Positions 9,262 through 18,439 of a stretch of DNA of 64,000 nucleotides are shown here, piece after piece. The first letter of the stretch is position 1. Every line of letters begins with the position of its first letter. The stretch is from an uncultured Faecalibacterium sp. (GTDB taxonomy: Bacteria > Bacillota > Clostridia > Christensenellales > Aristaeellaceae). The translations under genes and the position numbers were made by a program. The notes under the pieces are model-generated. The model saw nothing but the letters and a program-made list of their open reading frames with translations. It did not search any database and was not told the origin of the DNA. The stretch lies in NCBI GenBank assembly GCA_964464815.1, contig CAYXHF010000004.1:2483-66482 (forward strand). The letters are read 5' to 3'.

Positions 9262-9717
9262 TTTTTACGGCTGCATCCGTACCGACTTTTTGTCAGCGAT
9301 GTACCATTTTTCTTCCCCGGCGCAAGCGCACCCGCCACCAGGTGCAGCCGTAAGAAATGAATCTTTGCTTTCTTTCTCCTCCGGCGCATGACGTGTCGGA
9401 GGGATTTTTGTCGTCGCAGATTCCCAAACCCCTTGATTTTCCTGCATTTGCGGAATTTCGCGTTTTTTCTGTTTTTACTACGAGGAAATTTCCACGTTCG
9501 CAAAATTTCCCCACATTCAAGTTTATACGCAAATGAATCCAAGGCGTGGAAGCAGCGTGACAGCCTTTTCCCCACCTTGGTGCTCATAACCCCGGCTATG
9601 CAGTTGTCCGGTGAAGGCCAACCCAGCGGCGGAAGGACCAAGGTTCTTCCGCCGCCGGGAAAAGTTTTCACCAGTTGCGGGTGTTATCGGCACCCTGTTT
9701 GCAAGACGCTGTGCGAA

Positions 9718-12177
9718 TTACTTGTAGTTCAGCACGCCGCCCTGCTCAGCCACGAAGGCTTCCCACTCGGCATCAGTGTAGTTGTACGTGAGGTACTTCA
9801 CGCTGTTGCCGTAGGACATCGGGAAGATTTCTTCCTCGGTGTAGAAGTTGATCTTCATGCCCTTCAGGCCCATGGACGCGTCGTTCGTGGTGGGAATGAA
9901 GTTGTAGTTCTGCAGCATGGTGTTCTCCAGCGCAGCCAGAACCAGCAGACGGTCATTCGCCTTCACAGCGTCGTAGCTGTAGGGCAGGTTCATCTCAACA
10001 GCCTCGCCGTTCTCGTCGGTCACCTTCAGCGTGGTGCCGTTGATGATCTCGTACCAGGACACAGCGTCGGTGGTGTAGGTGCCGCTAGACAGGGTAACCG
10101 TCACCATGGTCTCGCTGTAGTCAACCGCCTGGTCATACTGGTAGTTCTGGGACAGATAAGCTTCCATCAGGCTGTAGGGATCGAAGGTGGAACCATTCCA
10201 GCCGACCAGGAACAGCATATCGACCTGGTTGTTACGCAGGGCGTCGCCGAAGCCGTTGCCGATGGTGTCGTCACGGGTGAAGGTCAGCTTGCCTTCCAGC
10301 TTGGTGCCAACAACAGCCTCGGTGTAGTTGTTCACGAGGAACTCGTAGCCCAGGTTGTAGGTGGTGGAAGAAGCAGAGGGCAGACCAATCACGATCTGAA
10401 CGGTGTCTTCTTCGGTCATCAGGCCGGTCTCGATGGCGATGTCGTAAGCCTTGTTGAAGTAGTCACGAGCCATCTCCAGGTTGTAGCCGGTCAGAGAATC
10501 AATCGCGTCGTCGTTGGTGGCATACAGCTTGCCTTCGCCAACTTCTTCGGACAGACCCCAGAAGTCAACCAGCGCCTGCTTGGCAGCGTCGGTGGAACGA
10601 TAGAAGATAGCATTTTCCGGATCGCCAACGATGGTGTCACCGAACAGGCCGAAGGCCGGAGCGGAGCCAGGCACGCAGGCGATGTTGAAGGCCGCACGGT
10701 CCAGAGAGAAGGACAGCGCCTGACGGAATTCCTTCACGGTCAGGATGGTCTTGTTGATGTGCTCACCAGCCGTCTCCTGATTCTTCTTCAGGGCAGCCAT
10801 GTTGGGGTTCAGGGTGATAGCGAAGACAGAAGCGCCTTCAAAGGTGTAGGCATAGTCGGAGTTCTCGTACTCGGACGCATAGTCAGCGGTCAGACCCTTG
10901 TAGTCCAGCTGGCCAGCCAGGAACATTTCCATAGCGGTGGAATCTTCCTTGACATAGGTCGCCACACGACGGGTGGTCTGATAGAAGCCCTTCCATTCGG
11001 GCACGTTGTAGCCGTACCAGTTGAGGTTCTTCTCCAGCACGATTTCCTTATCAGCCTGGAAGGAGGTCAGCTTGTAGGGGCCATAGGACATGGTGGTCTC
11101 AACAGAAGTGCCGTAGTTGTTGGTGTAAACACCATTCTCGTACTTCTCGCACTTCTCGTACAGATCCTTGTTGACCAGGGTCAGGCCAAGGTTGTACTTC
11201 AGCTGGAAGCCCAGCAGGGGCTTGTCAACGATGAAGACCACTTCGGTGTCGCTCAGCGCCAGAACGCCAACTTCGTCGAAGGACATTTCGTCATTCTGAG
11301 AGCCCAGCAGCGCGAACTCTTCCCATTCCTGGTAAGCGTAGTCGCCAGCAGAAGCAGCATAGTCTTCCACGGTCGCAGCGCCATGCATGTTGGCAACCAG
11401 CAGCTGCATCGTGTCAACGATTTCAGCCGTGACCTTCACATAGCCGTTGGTGTCAGCCGCAGCAGACAGCACAGCCCAGACGTCATCGGAGATGTAGCCG
11501 CCAGCAGCATAGTAGGCTTCCAGGGTGTTGGAGGACCACTGGTTGCTGTTCTTCAGGCAGACCGCAACGTCCTTGCCGTCCAGCGTGTAGTAGCCGTCGT
11601 CGCCAACGGTGTACGCGCTCTCGTCAACGTAGTTGGTCAGGTCGGAGTTCAGCTGGCTGCTGTAAGCATAGATGCCGGACTTCGCATAAGCTTCCGCGTT
11701 GTGGATGGGAGCGGAGCCGTTGTACAGGCTGTCAGCACGATAGTTGGCGGCCAGCGGGTTCAGCTGCTTCATCGCGGAGTAGACGAAATCGGCCGCCGTG
11801 ATGGGCGTGCCATCTTCCCACTTCAGGTCGTCACGCAGGGTGTACTTCCAAGCGCGAGCGGTGTCGCCCTCAGCGATGCCCCACTTTTCGCCAACATAGT
11901 CAGCGGTGACATCGACCGGATCGCCAACAACCATGGTCGGAATCATGGTGTAGGAATCCATGGTCTCGTTATAATCGAACTCATAGAAGCCATCAGTGAT
12001 GTAGGCCAGCACGGCGTCATTGTCCGTGGCAGTCTTATACTGATGGGGGTTCCAGTTCGTCGGGAACGTAGACAGGTAGGTGTTGTAGGTGTAAGACGGT
12101 TCTTCAGCGGTCTCGGCAAATGCGCACACGCTCAGCAGCATGCAGGCAGCCAGAACCAGAGAAAGAAGCTTCTTCAT
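9718..12177 (-). CDS. family-5 (peptide/nickel type) extracellular solute-binding protein, unusually long (819 aa)
   Basis: ATG at 12177 with GGAGGG 5-9 nt upstream. Signal peptide MKKLLSLVLAACMLLSVCAFA, possible lipobox LAAC. SBP_bac_5-like body. The longer ORF-track start at 12399 has no SD. Confidence 0.8.
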   Translation of the reverse strand: MKKLLSLVLAACMLLSVCAFAETAEEPSYTYNTYLSTFPTNWNPHQYKTATDNDAVLAYITDGFYEFDYNETMDSYTMIPTMVVGDPVDVTADYVGEKWGIAEGDTARAWKYTLRDDLKWEDGTPITAADFVYSAMKQLNPLAANYRADSLYNGSAPIHNAEAYAKSGIYAYSSQLNSDLTNYVDESAYTVGDDGYYTLDGKDVAVCLKNSNQWSSNTLEAYYAAGGYISDDVWAVLSAAADTNGYVKVTAEIVDTMQLLVANMHGAATVEDYAASAGDYAYQEWEEFALLGSQNDEMSFDEVGVLALSDTEVVFIVDKPLLGFQLKYNLGLTLVNKDLYEKCEKYENGVYTNNYGTSVETTMSYGPYKLTSFQADKEIVLEKNLNWYGYNVPEWKGFYQTTRRVATYVKEDSTAMEMFLAGQLDYKGLTADYASEYENSDYAYTFEGASVFAITLNPNMAALKKNQETAGEHINKTILTVKEFRQALSFSLDRAAFNIACVPGSAPAFGLFGDTIVGDPENAIFYRSTDAAKQALVDFWGLSEEVGEGKLYATNDDAIDSLTGYNLEMARDYFNKAYDIAIETGLMTEEDTVQIVIGLPSASSTTYNLGYEFLVNNYTEAVVGTKLEGKLTFTRDDTIGNGFGDALRNNQVDMLFLVGWNGSTFDPYSLMEAYLSQNYQYDQAVDYSETMVTVTLSSGTYTTDAVSWYEIINGTTLKVTDENGEAVEMNLPYSYDAVKANDRLLVLAALENTMLQNYNFIPTTNDASMGLKGMKINFYTEEEIFPMSYGNSVKYLTYNYTDAEWEAFVAEQGGVLNYK

Positions 12178-12225
12178 GGTCTTTACCCTCCTTACGATTT
12201 CGTATCCGCAAGATACGTATACCCT

Positions 12226-12255
12226 ATTATAGGTGAATGGCCTTTTCTTTGTCAA
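12226..12255 (-). promoter_or_regulatory. candidate sigma-A promoter of the opp-type operon
   Basis: On the minus strand: TTGACA (12255-12250), 18-nt spacer, TATAAT (12231-12226). Palindrome CGTATC-CGCAA-GATACG at 12201-12217 lies just downstream of the predicted transcription start. Confidence 0.5.
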
Positions 12256-12414
12256 GGGGGATTTGCCGGTAAAACTGGGGTTTTTCGCCCGAAAAAACAA
12301 AAAAAGACCGTGCAAACCCTTGATTTTCCTGACTGGAAACGTTACCGTACTTGCTTTGTTTTTTTGGTGTATTTCTGGCCAATTTGCTGTCCCAGGCACC
12401 CAGTAGGCCCTTGC

Positions 12415-12443
12415 TTGACTTTCCTATTTTCATGCATTATACT
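12415..12443 (+). promoter_or_regulatory. candidate sigma-A promoter of the MATE gene
   Basis: TTGACT (12415-12420), 17-nt spacer, TATACT (12438-12443). Confidence 0.5.
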
Positions 12444-12471
12444 GAATAATATACAGAAAGGAGCGTATTTC

Positions 12472-13800
12472 ATGCATGCCGACTTGACCCGTGGGCCCAT
12501 TTCCCGTGGTCTGATTCGTTTTTCCTTGCCGCTGATGGCCGGCAATTTGCTTCAGCAGCTCTACACGCTGGTGGATACCTATGTCGTTGGACGCTATTGT
12601 GGCCAGACGCCCCTGGCGGCTGTCGGCAGTGCATTCTCCGTCATGATTCTTTTGACCAGCATCCTCACCGGGCTGTGTATGGGCAGTGGCGTGGTTGTCA
12701 GCCAGCTGTTCGGTCAGGACGACAGGCCCGGCATCCGGAAGGCCGTCGGCAATGCATTTGTGCTTATTGGCGGCATTGCGGTGCTGCTGGTCGGCTTGTC
12801 GTATCTGCTTTTGCCACAGATGATGGTCCTGCTCCGCATTCCCGAGGCGGCGCAGGGTGATTTGCGCTGTTATCTGCTGATTGTGTTCGCGGGGCTGCTG
12901 CCGACCTGCCTGTACCATTTTGCCTCGGGCATGCTCCGGGCTGTGGGCAATTCAGTCACGCCGCTGCTGTTCCTGCTGTTTTCCTCTTTCACCAATGTCG
13001 CTCTGGACTTCTGGTTTGTCGCGGGATGCTCCTGGGGCGTGGCCGGTGCGGCATGGGCGACCCTGCTTTCGCAGGTGCTTTGTGCGATTGCCTGCGGGCT
13101 GTATCTGCTGCATTCACCCCTGCTGCGGCCTTCGCGGCAGGATTTTCGCCCGGATGGCCAGCTGTTCCGGCGCATTCTGAGCGTTTCCGCGCTCAGCAGC
13201 ATTCAGCAATCCATCATGAATTTCGGCATCCTGTGCGTTCAGTCTCTGGTGAATAGCTTCGGTCTGGCCGCCATGGCCGCCTTTGCTGCGGGCGTGAAGA
13301 TTGACTCCCTTGCCTACAGCCCTGCACAGGATTTCGGCAACGGCTTTGCCACCTTCGTCGCCCAGAATCAGGGCGCGCACCAGCCCGACCGCCTCCGCAA
13401 GGGCATCCGGACGGCCTTCCTGCTGTCGGGCAGCTTCTGCGTGGCTGTCTCCGTGATTGTCGCGGTGCTGGCGCGGCCATTGCTGCTGATTTTTCTGGAA
13501 AACGCATCACCCGAGGCGCTTGCCATCGGCGTGACATACCTGCGCACGGAAGGGCTGTGCTACATCGGCATCGGCTTTTTGTTCCTGCTCTACGCCACCT
13601 TCCGTGGCCTGGAGCAAGCCGGCATGAGCATTGTGCTGACCGTCATTTCGCTTGGACTGCGCGTGGCGCTGTCGTATGCGTTTTCTCCACGCTTTGGCAT
13701 GATGGCGATTTGGCTCTCGATTCCTGCGGGCTGGCTTGTGGCGGATATTGTGGGCCTGCTGGCACTGCTGCGCAGGGGACTGCTCCGGGTGCGGGCATAA
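12472..13800 (+). CDS. MATE family efflux transporter
   Basis: N-terminus RGLIRFSLPLMAGNLLQQLYTLVDTYVVGR and 12 TM segments. AAAGGAG lies 8 nt before the ATG at 12472. The 1470-aa ORF-track entry is an artefactual upstream extension. Confidence 0.9.
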   Translation: MHADLTRGPISRGLIRFSLPLMAGNLLQQLYTLVDTYVVGRYCGQTPLAAVGSAFSVMILLTSILTGLCMGSGVVVSQLFGQDDRPGIRKAVGNAFVLIGGIAVLLVGLSYLLLPQMMVLLRIPEAAQGDLRCYLLIVFAGLLPTCLYHFASGMLRAVGNSVTPLLFLLFSSFTNVALDFWFVAGCSWGVAGAAWATLLSQVLCAIACGLYLLHSPLLRPSRQDFRPDGQLFRRILSVSALSSIQQSIMNFGILCVQSLVNSFGLAAMAAFAAGVKIDSLAYSPAQDFGNGFATFVAQNQGAHQPDRLRKGIRTAFLLSGSFCVAVSVIVAVLARPLLLIFLENASPEALAIGVTYLRTEGLCYIGIGFLFLLYATFRGLEQAGMSIVLTVISLGLRVALSYAFSPRFGMMAIWLSIPAGWLVADIVGLLALLRRGLLRVRA

Positions 13801-13817
13801 TTTTTCTTCCACTATAT

Positions 13818-13874
13818 AAGAAACTCGGACGCTGCGTGAAAGCCACTTTTGCTTTCCCAGCGTCCGAGTTTCTT
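13818..13874. terminator. terminator hairpin between convergent genes
   Basis: 16-bp stem AAGAAACTCGGACGCT / AGCGTCCGAGTTTCTT, followed on the plus strand by a U-rich tract. Confidence 0.65.
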
Positions 13875-13875
13875 A

Positions 13876-14763
13876 TTATTTCTTTTCCGTGTAGTTCGGT
13901 TCCTGCCATACATACCAGTCCGTGCCATCGGTCAGCATGACCACCGCGCCGTCACCGGAGTAGTATACCGGCGTGTCCGGTACGTTCTTCTTCGCCCATT
14001 TGGCGAATTTGTCCTTGCAACGCTTGAACGTGCTGGGTACAAACATGACCTTGGCATTCGTCAGCTCGTTGAAGGAGTCCGGCACCGTCGCCAGGCCGTG
14101 ATGCGGAATTTTCAGCATGTCACAGGCAAGCTCCTCGCCATACGTCTGGGCGTACCACTTCATGGTCTTGTTATCAATATCGCCGGTGATGAACGCCTTC
14201 GCCGTGCCAAACTGAATCATACACGTCGCACTACGGTCATTCTGTCCCCACGGTTCCGGACAGCGCAGTACCTTCAAATTCGCCGCGCCCAGCGTCACCT
14301 CGTCGCCAGCATCAATCTGCACATACGGAATTTCCGCCGCACGCACCGCCTTGACGGCCATTTGGTGATAGCCTGCCTTGTCCTTGTACGTTTCGGCATT
14401 GGGCGTCAGGAAGCTCCCGACCTCGTAGTTGCCGGAGCGCATCAGGTAGACAAAGCCGTGAATGTGGTCATTGTCGCTATGCGTGCTCCACAGATATTTG
14501 AGCTGCGTGATGCCACGGCTGTCCAGCATGCTGTACACGCGGTTGCGGTACTGGCCCGAGCCGCCGTCAATCATCATCGCCTCGCCGCCGCACTCCAGCA
14601 GCATTGCGTCGGAGCGATCCGTGTCGATGCAGGTCAGGCGCATGGTTTCCTTTTCTGCCCATTCCTGCGGCACGTCCGCCTCGCTCTCCACCTGATATAC
14701 CTCCGCTGAAGCGCCCATGGGTAGCATCAGCAGACAAAACAGCATTGCCAACCATTTTTTCAT
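13876..14763 (-). CDS. secreted MBL-fold metallo-hydrolase
   Basis: Signal peptide MKKWLAMLFCLLMLPMGASA. Metallo-beta-lactamase motif THSDNDHIHG. The ATG at 14763 is preferred over the ORF-track start at 14904. Confidence 0.8.
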   Translation of the reverse strand: MKKWLAMLFCLLMLPMGASAEVYQVESEADVPQEWAEKETMRLTCIDTDRSDAMLLECGGEAMMIDGGSGQYRNRVYSMLDSRGITQLKYLWSTHSDNDHIHGFVYLMRSGNYEVGSFLTPNAETYKDKAGYHQMAVKAVRAAEIPYVQIDAGDEVTLGAANLKVLRCPEPWGQNDRSATCMIQFGTAKAFITGDIDNKTMKWYAQTYGEELACDMLKIPHHGLATVPDSFNELTNAKVMFVPSTFKRCKDKFAKWAKKNVPDTPVYYSGDGAVVMLTDGTDWYVWQEPNYTEKK

Positions 14764-14785
14764 GCGTCTGTCCTCATTTTCCCAT

Positions 14786-16111
14786 TTATTCGGCCGCTTC
14801 GACCCAGCCGCGATATACCGCAATTTCATACACACCCTGCGCCATGCCCTCGGCCAGCCACTGCTGGTAGGTCGGGTTGATGAGCAGATATTCCTCCGCG
14901 GCATTGGACAGATACCCCATTTCCACCAGGAAGCAGGTCATCTTCGCCCAGTTGTTGCCCACGTAGTTATCGTTGAGATACACCATGCCGGTCGCGTTGG
15001 TGTGCGTCATGCCGAGGGAATCCTTCATCGCGTCAATCAGCAATTGTCCCATTTGACGGTACGTCTCCGCATCAGCCACTGCCTTGGCGTAATCGCTGTT
15101 GAGCGGCCCATAGACCTGCAAGCCGCGCTTGCTGGTGTTGGAGGAGCTGTTGCAGTGCAGGCGGAGCATGATGTCCGCGCCACCGTTTTCTGCAATTTCA
15201 CAGCGCTCGATGTTGGTGTGGTACGTCTCCTGATCCACGCGTGTCATCACTACATTCGCGCCCTGACGCAGCAGCTCATCCCGCAGCAGCATCGCCACCT
15301 CCAGGCAGACAATATGCTCGCGGCGGTTCGTCTTGTTGCCCTGCGCCATGCCGCCCTTGCCGCTGGTCGAACCAGCCAGACCCGGACCAATCGGCTCATT
15401 GACGAACTTGCTGACCTCCTGATGGCCCGCATCGATGCAGACCGTCACGCCACTCAGTCGGCCTTCCTGACGTTCGGGCGCTTCCGGCGCCAGATAGCCC
15501 TTGCGCACCTCGGCCTCCTTCTTCACACTGCCAGAGCCGTTCTGGATTTGCACCTTGAACAGCGTGCGCGCGAAGGTCAGGTCGCTGACGATTTCGCCCG
15601 CATAGTGGCCGTTTTCATCCGGGTAAATCGGCTGCGTCACGGTCTGCTGCTTGCTGCGGTAGTACAGCAGCATGTAGTCCGTGTCTGCGGCGGTGAAGGA
15701 GTAGGTGAAGCCCGTTGGCGTCTCCGTCAGGACAAGATTCTGCACCTTGCCGTTCGACTTGCCAGTCGGCTTCTGGTAGTCGGCCGCCTGCGGAACAGTC
15801 ACGGTTGCCTTGCCGATGCCATACGTCGTGCGCGCTGAAGTCAGGCTGACCGTTGCCTTGCCGCCTGCACCCGAATAGGCAAGTGCCACATCGCCCTCAA
15901 AGCGGCCCTCCTCGTTGTAGAGGATCATCCAGCCCTTTTCCGCCGGGGTGGAATATTCCAGAATCACGAACGGATCGTTTTCACCCGCATCAAATGCGTA
16001 ATGCAGCACGTATTCCTCTGCCGTCAGCGTGATGGCCATGCCCGCCGCAAGCGCAGGTGTCATCAGCGTCAGCAGCACCAATGCCAGCAGCAGCGCCACG
16101 AATCTCCTCAT
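14786..16111 (-). CDS. N-acetylmuramoyl-L-alanine amidase (Amidase_3) with an N-terminal extracellular domain
   Basis: Signal peptide. The C-terminal domain carries CIDAGHQ, LRLHCNS and FLVEMGYLSN, characteristic of Amidase_3. Confidence 0.85.
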   Translation of the reverse strand: MRRFVALLLALVLLTLMTPALAAGMAITLTAEEYVLHYAFDAGENDPFVILEYSTPAEKGWMILYNEEGRFEGDVALAYSGAGGKATVSLTSARTTYGIGKATVTVPQAADYQKPTGKSNGKVQNLVLTETPTGFTYSFTAADTDYMLLYYRSKQQTVTQPIYPDENGHYAGEIVSDLTFARTLFKVQIQNGSGSVKKEAEVRKGYLAPEAPERQEGRLSGVTVCIDAGHQEVSKFVNEPIGPGLAGSTSGKGGMAQGNKTNRREHIVCLEVAMLLRDELLRQGANVVMTRVDQETYHTNIERCEIAENGGADIMLRLHCNSSSNTSKRGLQVYGPLNSDYAKAVADAETYRQMGQLLIDAMKDSLGMTHTNATGMVYLNDNYVGNNWAKMTCFLVEMGYLSNAAEEYLLINPTYQQWLAEGMAQGVYEIAVYRGWVEAAE

Positions 16112-16153
16112 TTTTCCAGCTCCTTCTGTAAAAAAACGCGGTTTTGCCCGCGC

Positions 16154-16684
16154 TTATCGTTTCTTGTGCTTTTTTATCAGGGTATGCATACGACCCCAAA
16201 GCGTTTTGGACTTTTTGAGTGCCACGGCCGCATCCAGCGCGCCCTGGCGATACAGGTTGTTGTTCGGCTCTCTGCGAATGGCCTCGCGGTAGGATTGATG
16301 CGCCGATTCAAATTGCTCCAGCGCCATGAGTACCTTGCCCTGCATGGCATACCACTCGCTGTTACGGCTGGATGCACGCAGCAATTGCCGCAGCGCCGCC
16401 TCCGGATTTTCCTGACGCAGCATTTTGGCCGCCAGTGTCAGGGCATCCTGCTGATCCAGCTCCTTGTGGAAGGCCGCTGATGCGCTGGTGCGGTTGACGG
16501 CCAGCTTCATCGCTTCCTCATAGGCCAGGTTGAGGCGAATCATCTTCTCCTGTGCTGCCTTGCGCTCCTCAGGGTCAAGGAACTTGTCGGGGTGGCACGT
16601 CTTGACCAGCCGCCGGTAGGCTATGCGAACCTGCTCCGCATCTGCTGATGCGTCCAATCCCAGCACGGAAAACGGATTGCGCAT
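16154..16684 (-). CDS. J-domain (DnaJ-like) protein with a TPR-like C-terminus
   Basis: NPFSVLGLDASADAEQVRIAYRRLVKTCHPDKF contains the HPD motif. Confidence 0.8.
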   Translation of the reverse strand: MRNPFSVLGLDASADAEQVRIAYRRLVKTCHPDKFLDPEERKAAQEKMIRLNLAYEEAMKLAVNRTSASAAFHKELDQQDALTLAAKMLRQENPEAALRQLLRASSRNSEWYAMQGKVLMALEQFESAHQSYREAIRREPNNNLYRQGALDAAVALKKSKTLWGRMHTLIKKHKKR

Positions 16685-16715
16685 CGCCTACACCTCCTTA
16701 TTATTGCCTCCGCAT

Positions 16716-18005
16716 TCAGCCCTCAAATCGCTCCCGGCAAATCTCTGCGCCGAGCGCACGTAGCTTGTCTTCCAGATGCTCATAGCCACGGTCGATGTAT
16801 TCCGGCTCATAAATCTCCGTCACACCGCGCGCCATGAGGCCGGCAATGACCAGCGCCGCGCCTGCGCGAAGGTCGGTGGCCGTGACCGGTGCGCCATACA
16901 GCTCCGGCACACCCTCAATGACGGCCATCTTGTTGTCCAGCAGCTGCACACGCGCGCCCATGTGGCTGATTTCGTGCAGATGCTTCAGTCGCGATTCAAA
17001 AATCGTTTCGCGGATGATGGATTGTCCCATCGCCGTGGTCAGCAGCGTGCTCATCGGCTGCTGCAGGTCCGTGGGGAAGCCCGGATAGACCTGCGTCTTG
17101 ATGTTGACACCGCGATAGCCGCACAGCGTGCCGCGCACGCGCAGGGTGTCGTCCGACTCCGTCACGCGCGCACCCATTTCCAGCAGCTTTGCCGTCAGGG
17201 ATTCCATATGCGTGGGGATACAGCCACTGATTTCCACATCGCCATGCGTGGCGGCGGCGGCAATCATCAGCGTGCCCGTCTCAATCTGATCGGGAATCAC
17301 GGCGTAGTTCGCGCCATGCAGATGCTCCCGGCCGAAGATACGAATCACATCCGTACCCGCACCCTTCACCCTTGCACCCATCGAGTTCAGGAAGTTCGCC
17401 AGGTCCACAATATGCGGCTCCTTGGCGGCGTTGTAGATGGTGGTCGTGCCGTGCGCCTTCGCTGCGGCCAGCATGACGTTAATCGTCGCGCCAACCGACA
17501 CGCAGTCAAAGAACACCTCCGTGCCGTTCAGGCGGTCAGCCTTGGTCATGATGCGGCCGCCCAGCAAATCCACCTTGGCGCCCATCAGCTCAAAGCCCTT
17601 GATATGCTGATCAATGGGGCGCGAACCGATTTCGCAGCCACCGGGCTGATACACCTCCGCCCGGCCACAACGACCCAGCAGCGCACCCAGCAGATAGTAG
17701 CTGGCGCGCAGGCGCTGCGAATCACGGTAGGAGACCTGCCATCCATCCACCGGACGCGGATCAACCGTCATAAAGCAGTTCGGCTCGTAGTCCACCTTCG
17801 CACCCAGCGACCGGAGGATATCAACCAGCGCATGCACATCGGATATGTCAGGCAAATTCTCAATCGTACAGGGTTCATCGCACAAAAGGGTAGCAGGAAT
17901 CACAGCAGCCGCTGTATTCTTGCCGCCACTGATATGCACCCTTCCCTGAAGGGCGTTACCGCCTGTAATGAGCATTCGTTCTTTCGTTGGCATGGTATCC
18001 GGCAA
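16716..18005 (-). CDS. murA: UDP-N-acetylglucosamine 1-carboxyvinyltransferase
   Basis: ISGGKN near the N-terminus and the active-site region QPGGCEIGSRPIDQH. The start is uncertain: TTG at 18005 lies 12 nt after GGAGG, with an alternative ATG at 17993. Confidence 0.9.
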   Translation of the reverse strand: MPDTMPTKERMLITGGNALQGRVHISGGKNTAAAVIPATLLCDEPCTIENLPDISDVHALVDILRSLGAKVDYEPNCFMTVDPRPVDGWQVSYRDSQRLRASYYLLGALLGRCGRAEVYQPGGCEIGSRPIDQHIKGFELMGAKVDLLGGRIMTKADRLNGTEVFFDCVSVGATINVMLAAAKAHGTTTIYNAAKEPHIVDLANFLNSMGARVKGAGTDVIRIFGREHLHGANYAVIPDQIETGTLMIAAAATHGDVEISGCIPTHMESLTAKLLEMGARVTESDDTLRVRGTLCGYRGVNIKTQVYPGFPTDLQQPMSTLLTTAMGQSIIRETIFESRLKHLHEISHMGARVQLLDNKMAVIEGVPELYGAPVTATDLRAGAALVIAGLMARGVTEIYEPEYIDRGYEHLEDKLRALGAEICRERFEG

Positions 18006-18392
18006 AACGCCGGTTCACCTCCTGATGCATTCATTCGACGCAAGGTGTTTGTCCCTTCCGTCTGGATGGCCATCTATGGTTCATGTCGTACAACAATTGT
18101 TTCATTTCCCATTCATCCACCCACACAGCGCACACAAAGCCGCATCCGCATGGTCTGGGTAGACAGTTTATTATACCATAGGAAGCACATTTGTGCAACC
18201 TTTCCACCGGGATTTGCCCTTTTCCGCAGCCAAAAAGCCACTTTTTCGAGACATTTTCGTCTTTTTTGTCCAATTCTCTTGCTTTTTGCAGGAATTTTTG
18301 CTTTTCTTTTCCAGAAAATCCGAAAGAATCAGCGTTTCGTATATGGAACAGCACAGCTGGATTTTACGCCATTTTCTTATATACACGCAAGT

Positions 18393-18433
18393 CAAAATTA
18401 CGGGCAGCTGCCGCATTTGCCGCAACTGCCCGT
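18393..18433 (-). terminator. intrinsic terminator after the GH30 gene
   Basis: On the minus strand: ACGGGCAGTTGC, loop, GCAGCTGCCCGT (12 bp including one G-U), followed by AATTTT. Confidence 0.6.
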
Positions 18434-18439
18434 ACTCCG

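Noticed and set aside
9425-9450. Recurring AT-rich words in intergenic regions, such as AAACCC(C)TTGATTTTCCTG (9425 and 12324) and AAAATTCCTGCA (about 38446, 9436 and the complement of 18290)
   Set aside because: The matches are only 12-18 nt long, in different orientations and contexts, and occur in generally AT-rich promoter DNA. That is too short to distinguish from compositional coincidence without a genome-wide count.
9388-13800. 1470-aa plus-strand ORF, and similar very long ORFs antisense to real genes (for example 4702-6780, 21860-24661, 33752-37285, 45064-46830, 59370-61838)
   Set aside because: These are shadow ORFs typical of high-GC DNA. Their low-complexity, Arg/His/Gln/Val-rich translations carry no recognisable motifs. 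Each lies opposite a gene with clear family motifs and a good SD. Only the last 442 codons of 9388-13800 (the MATE transporter) are real.
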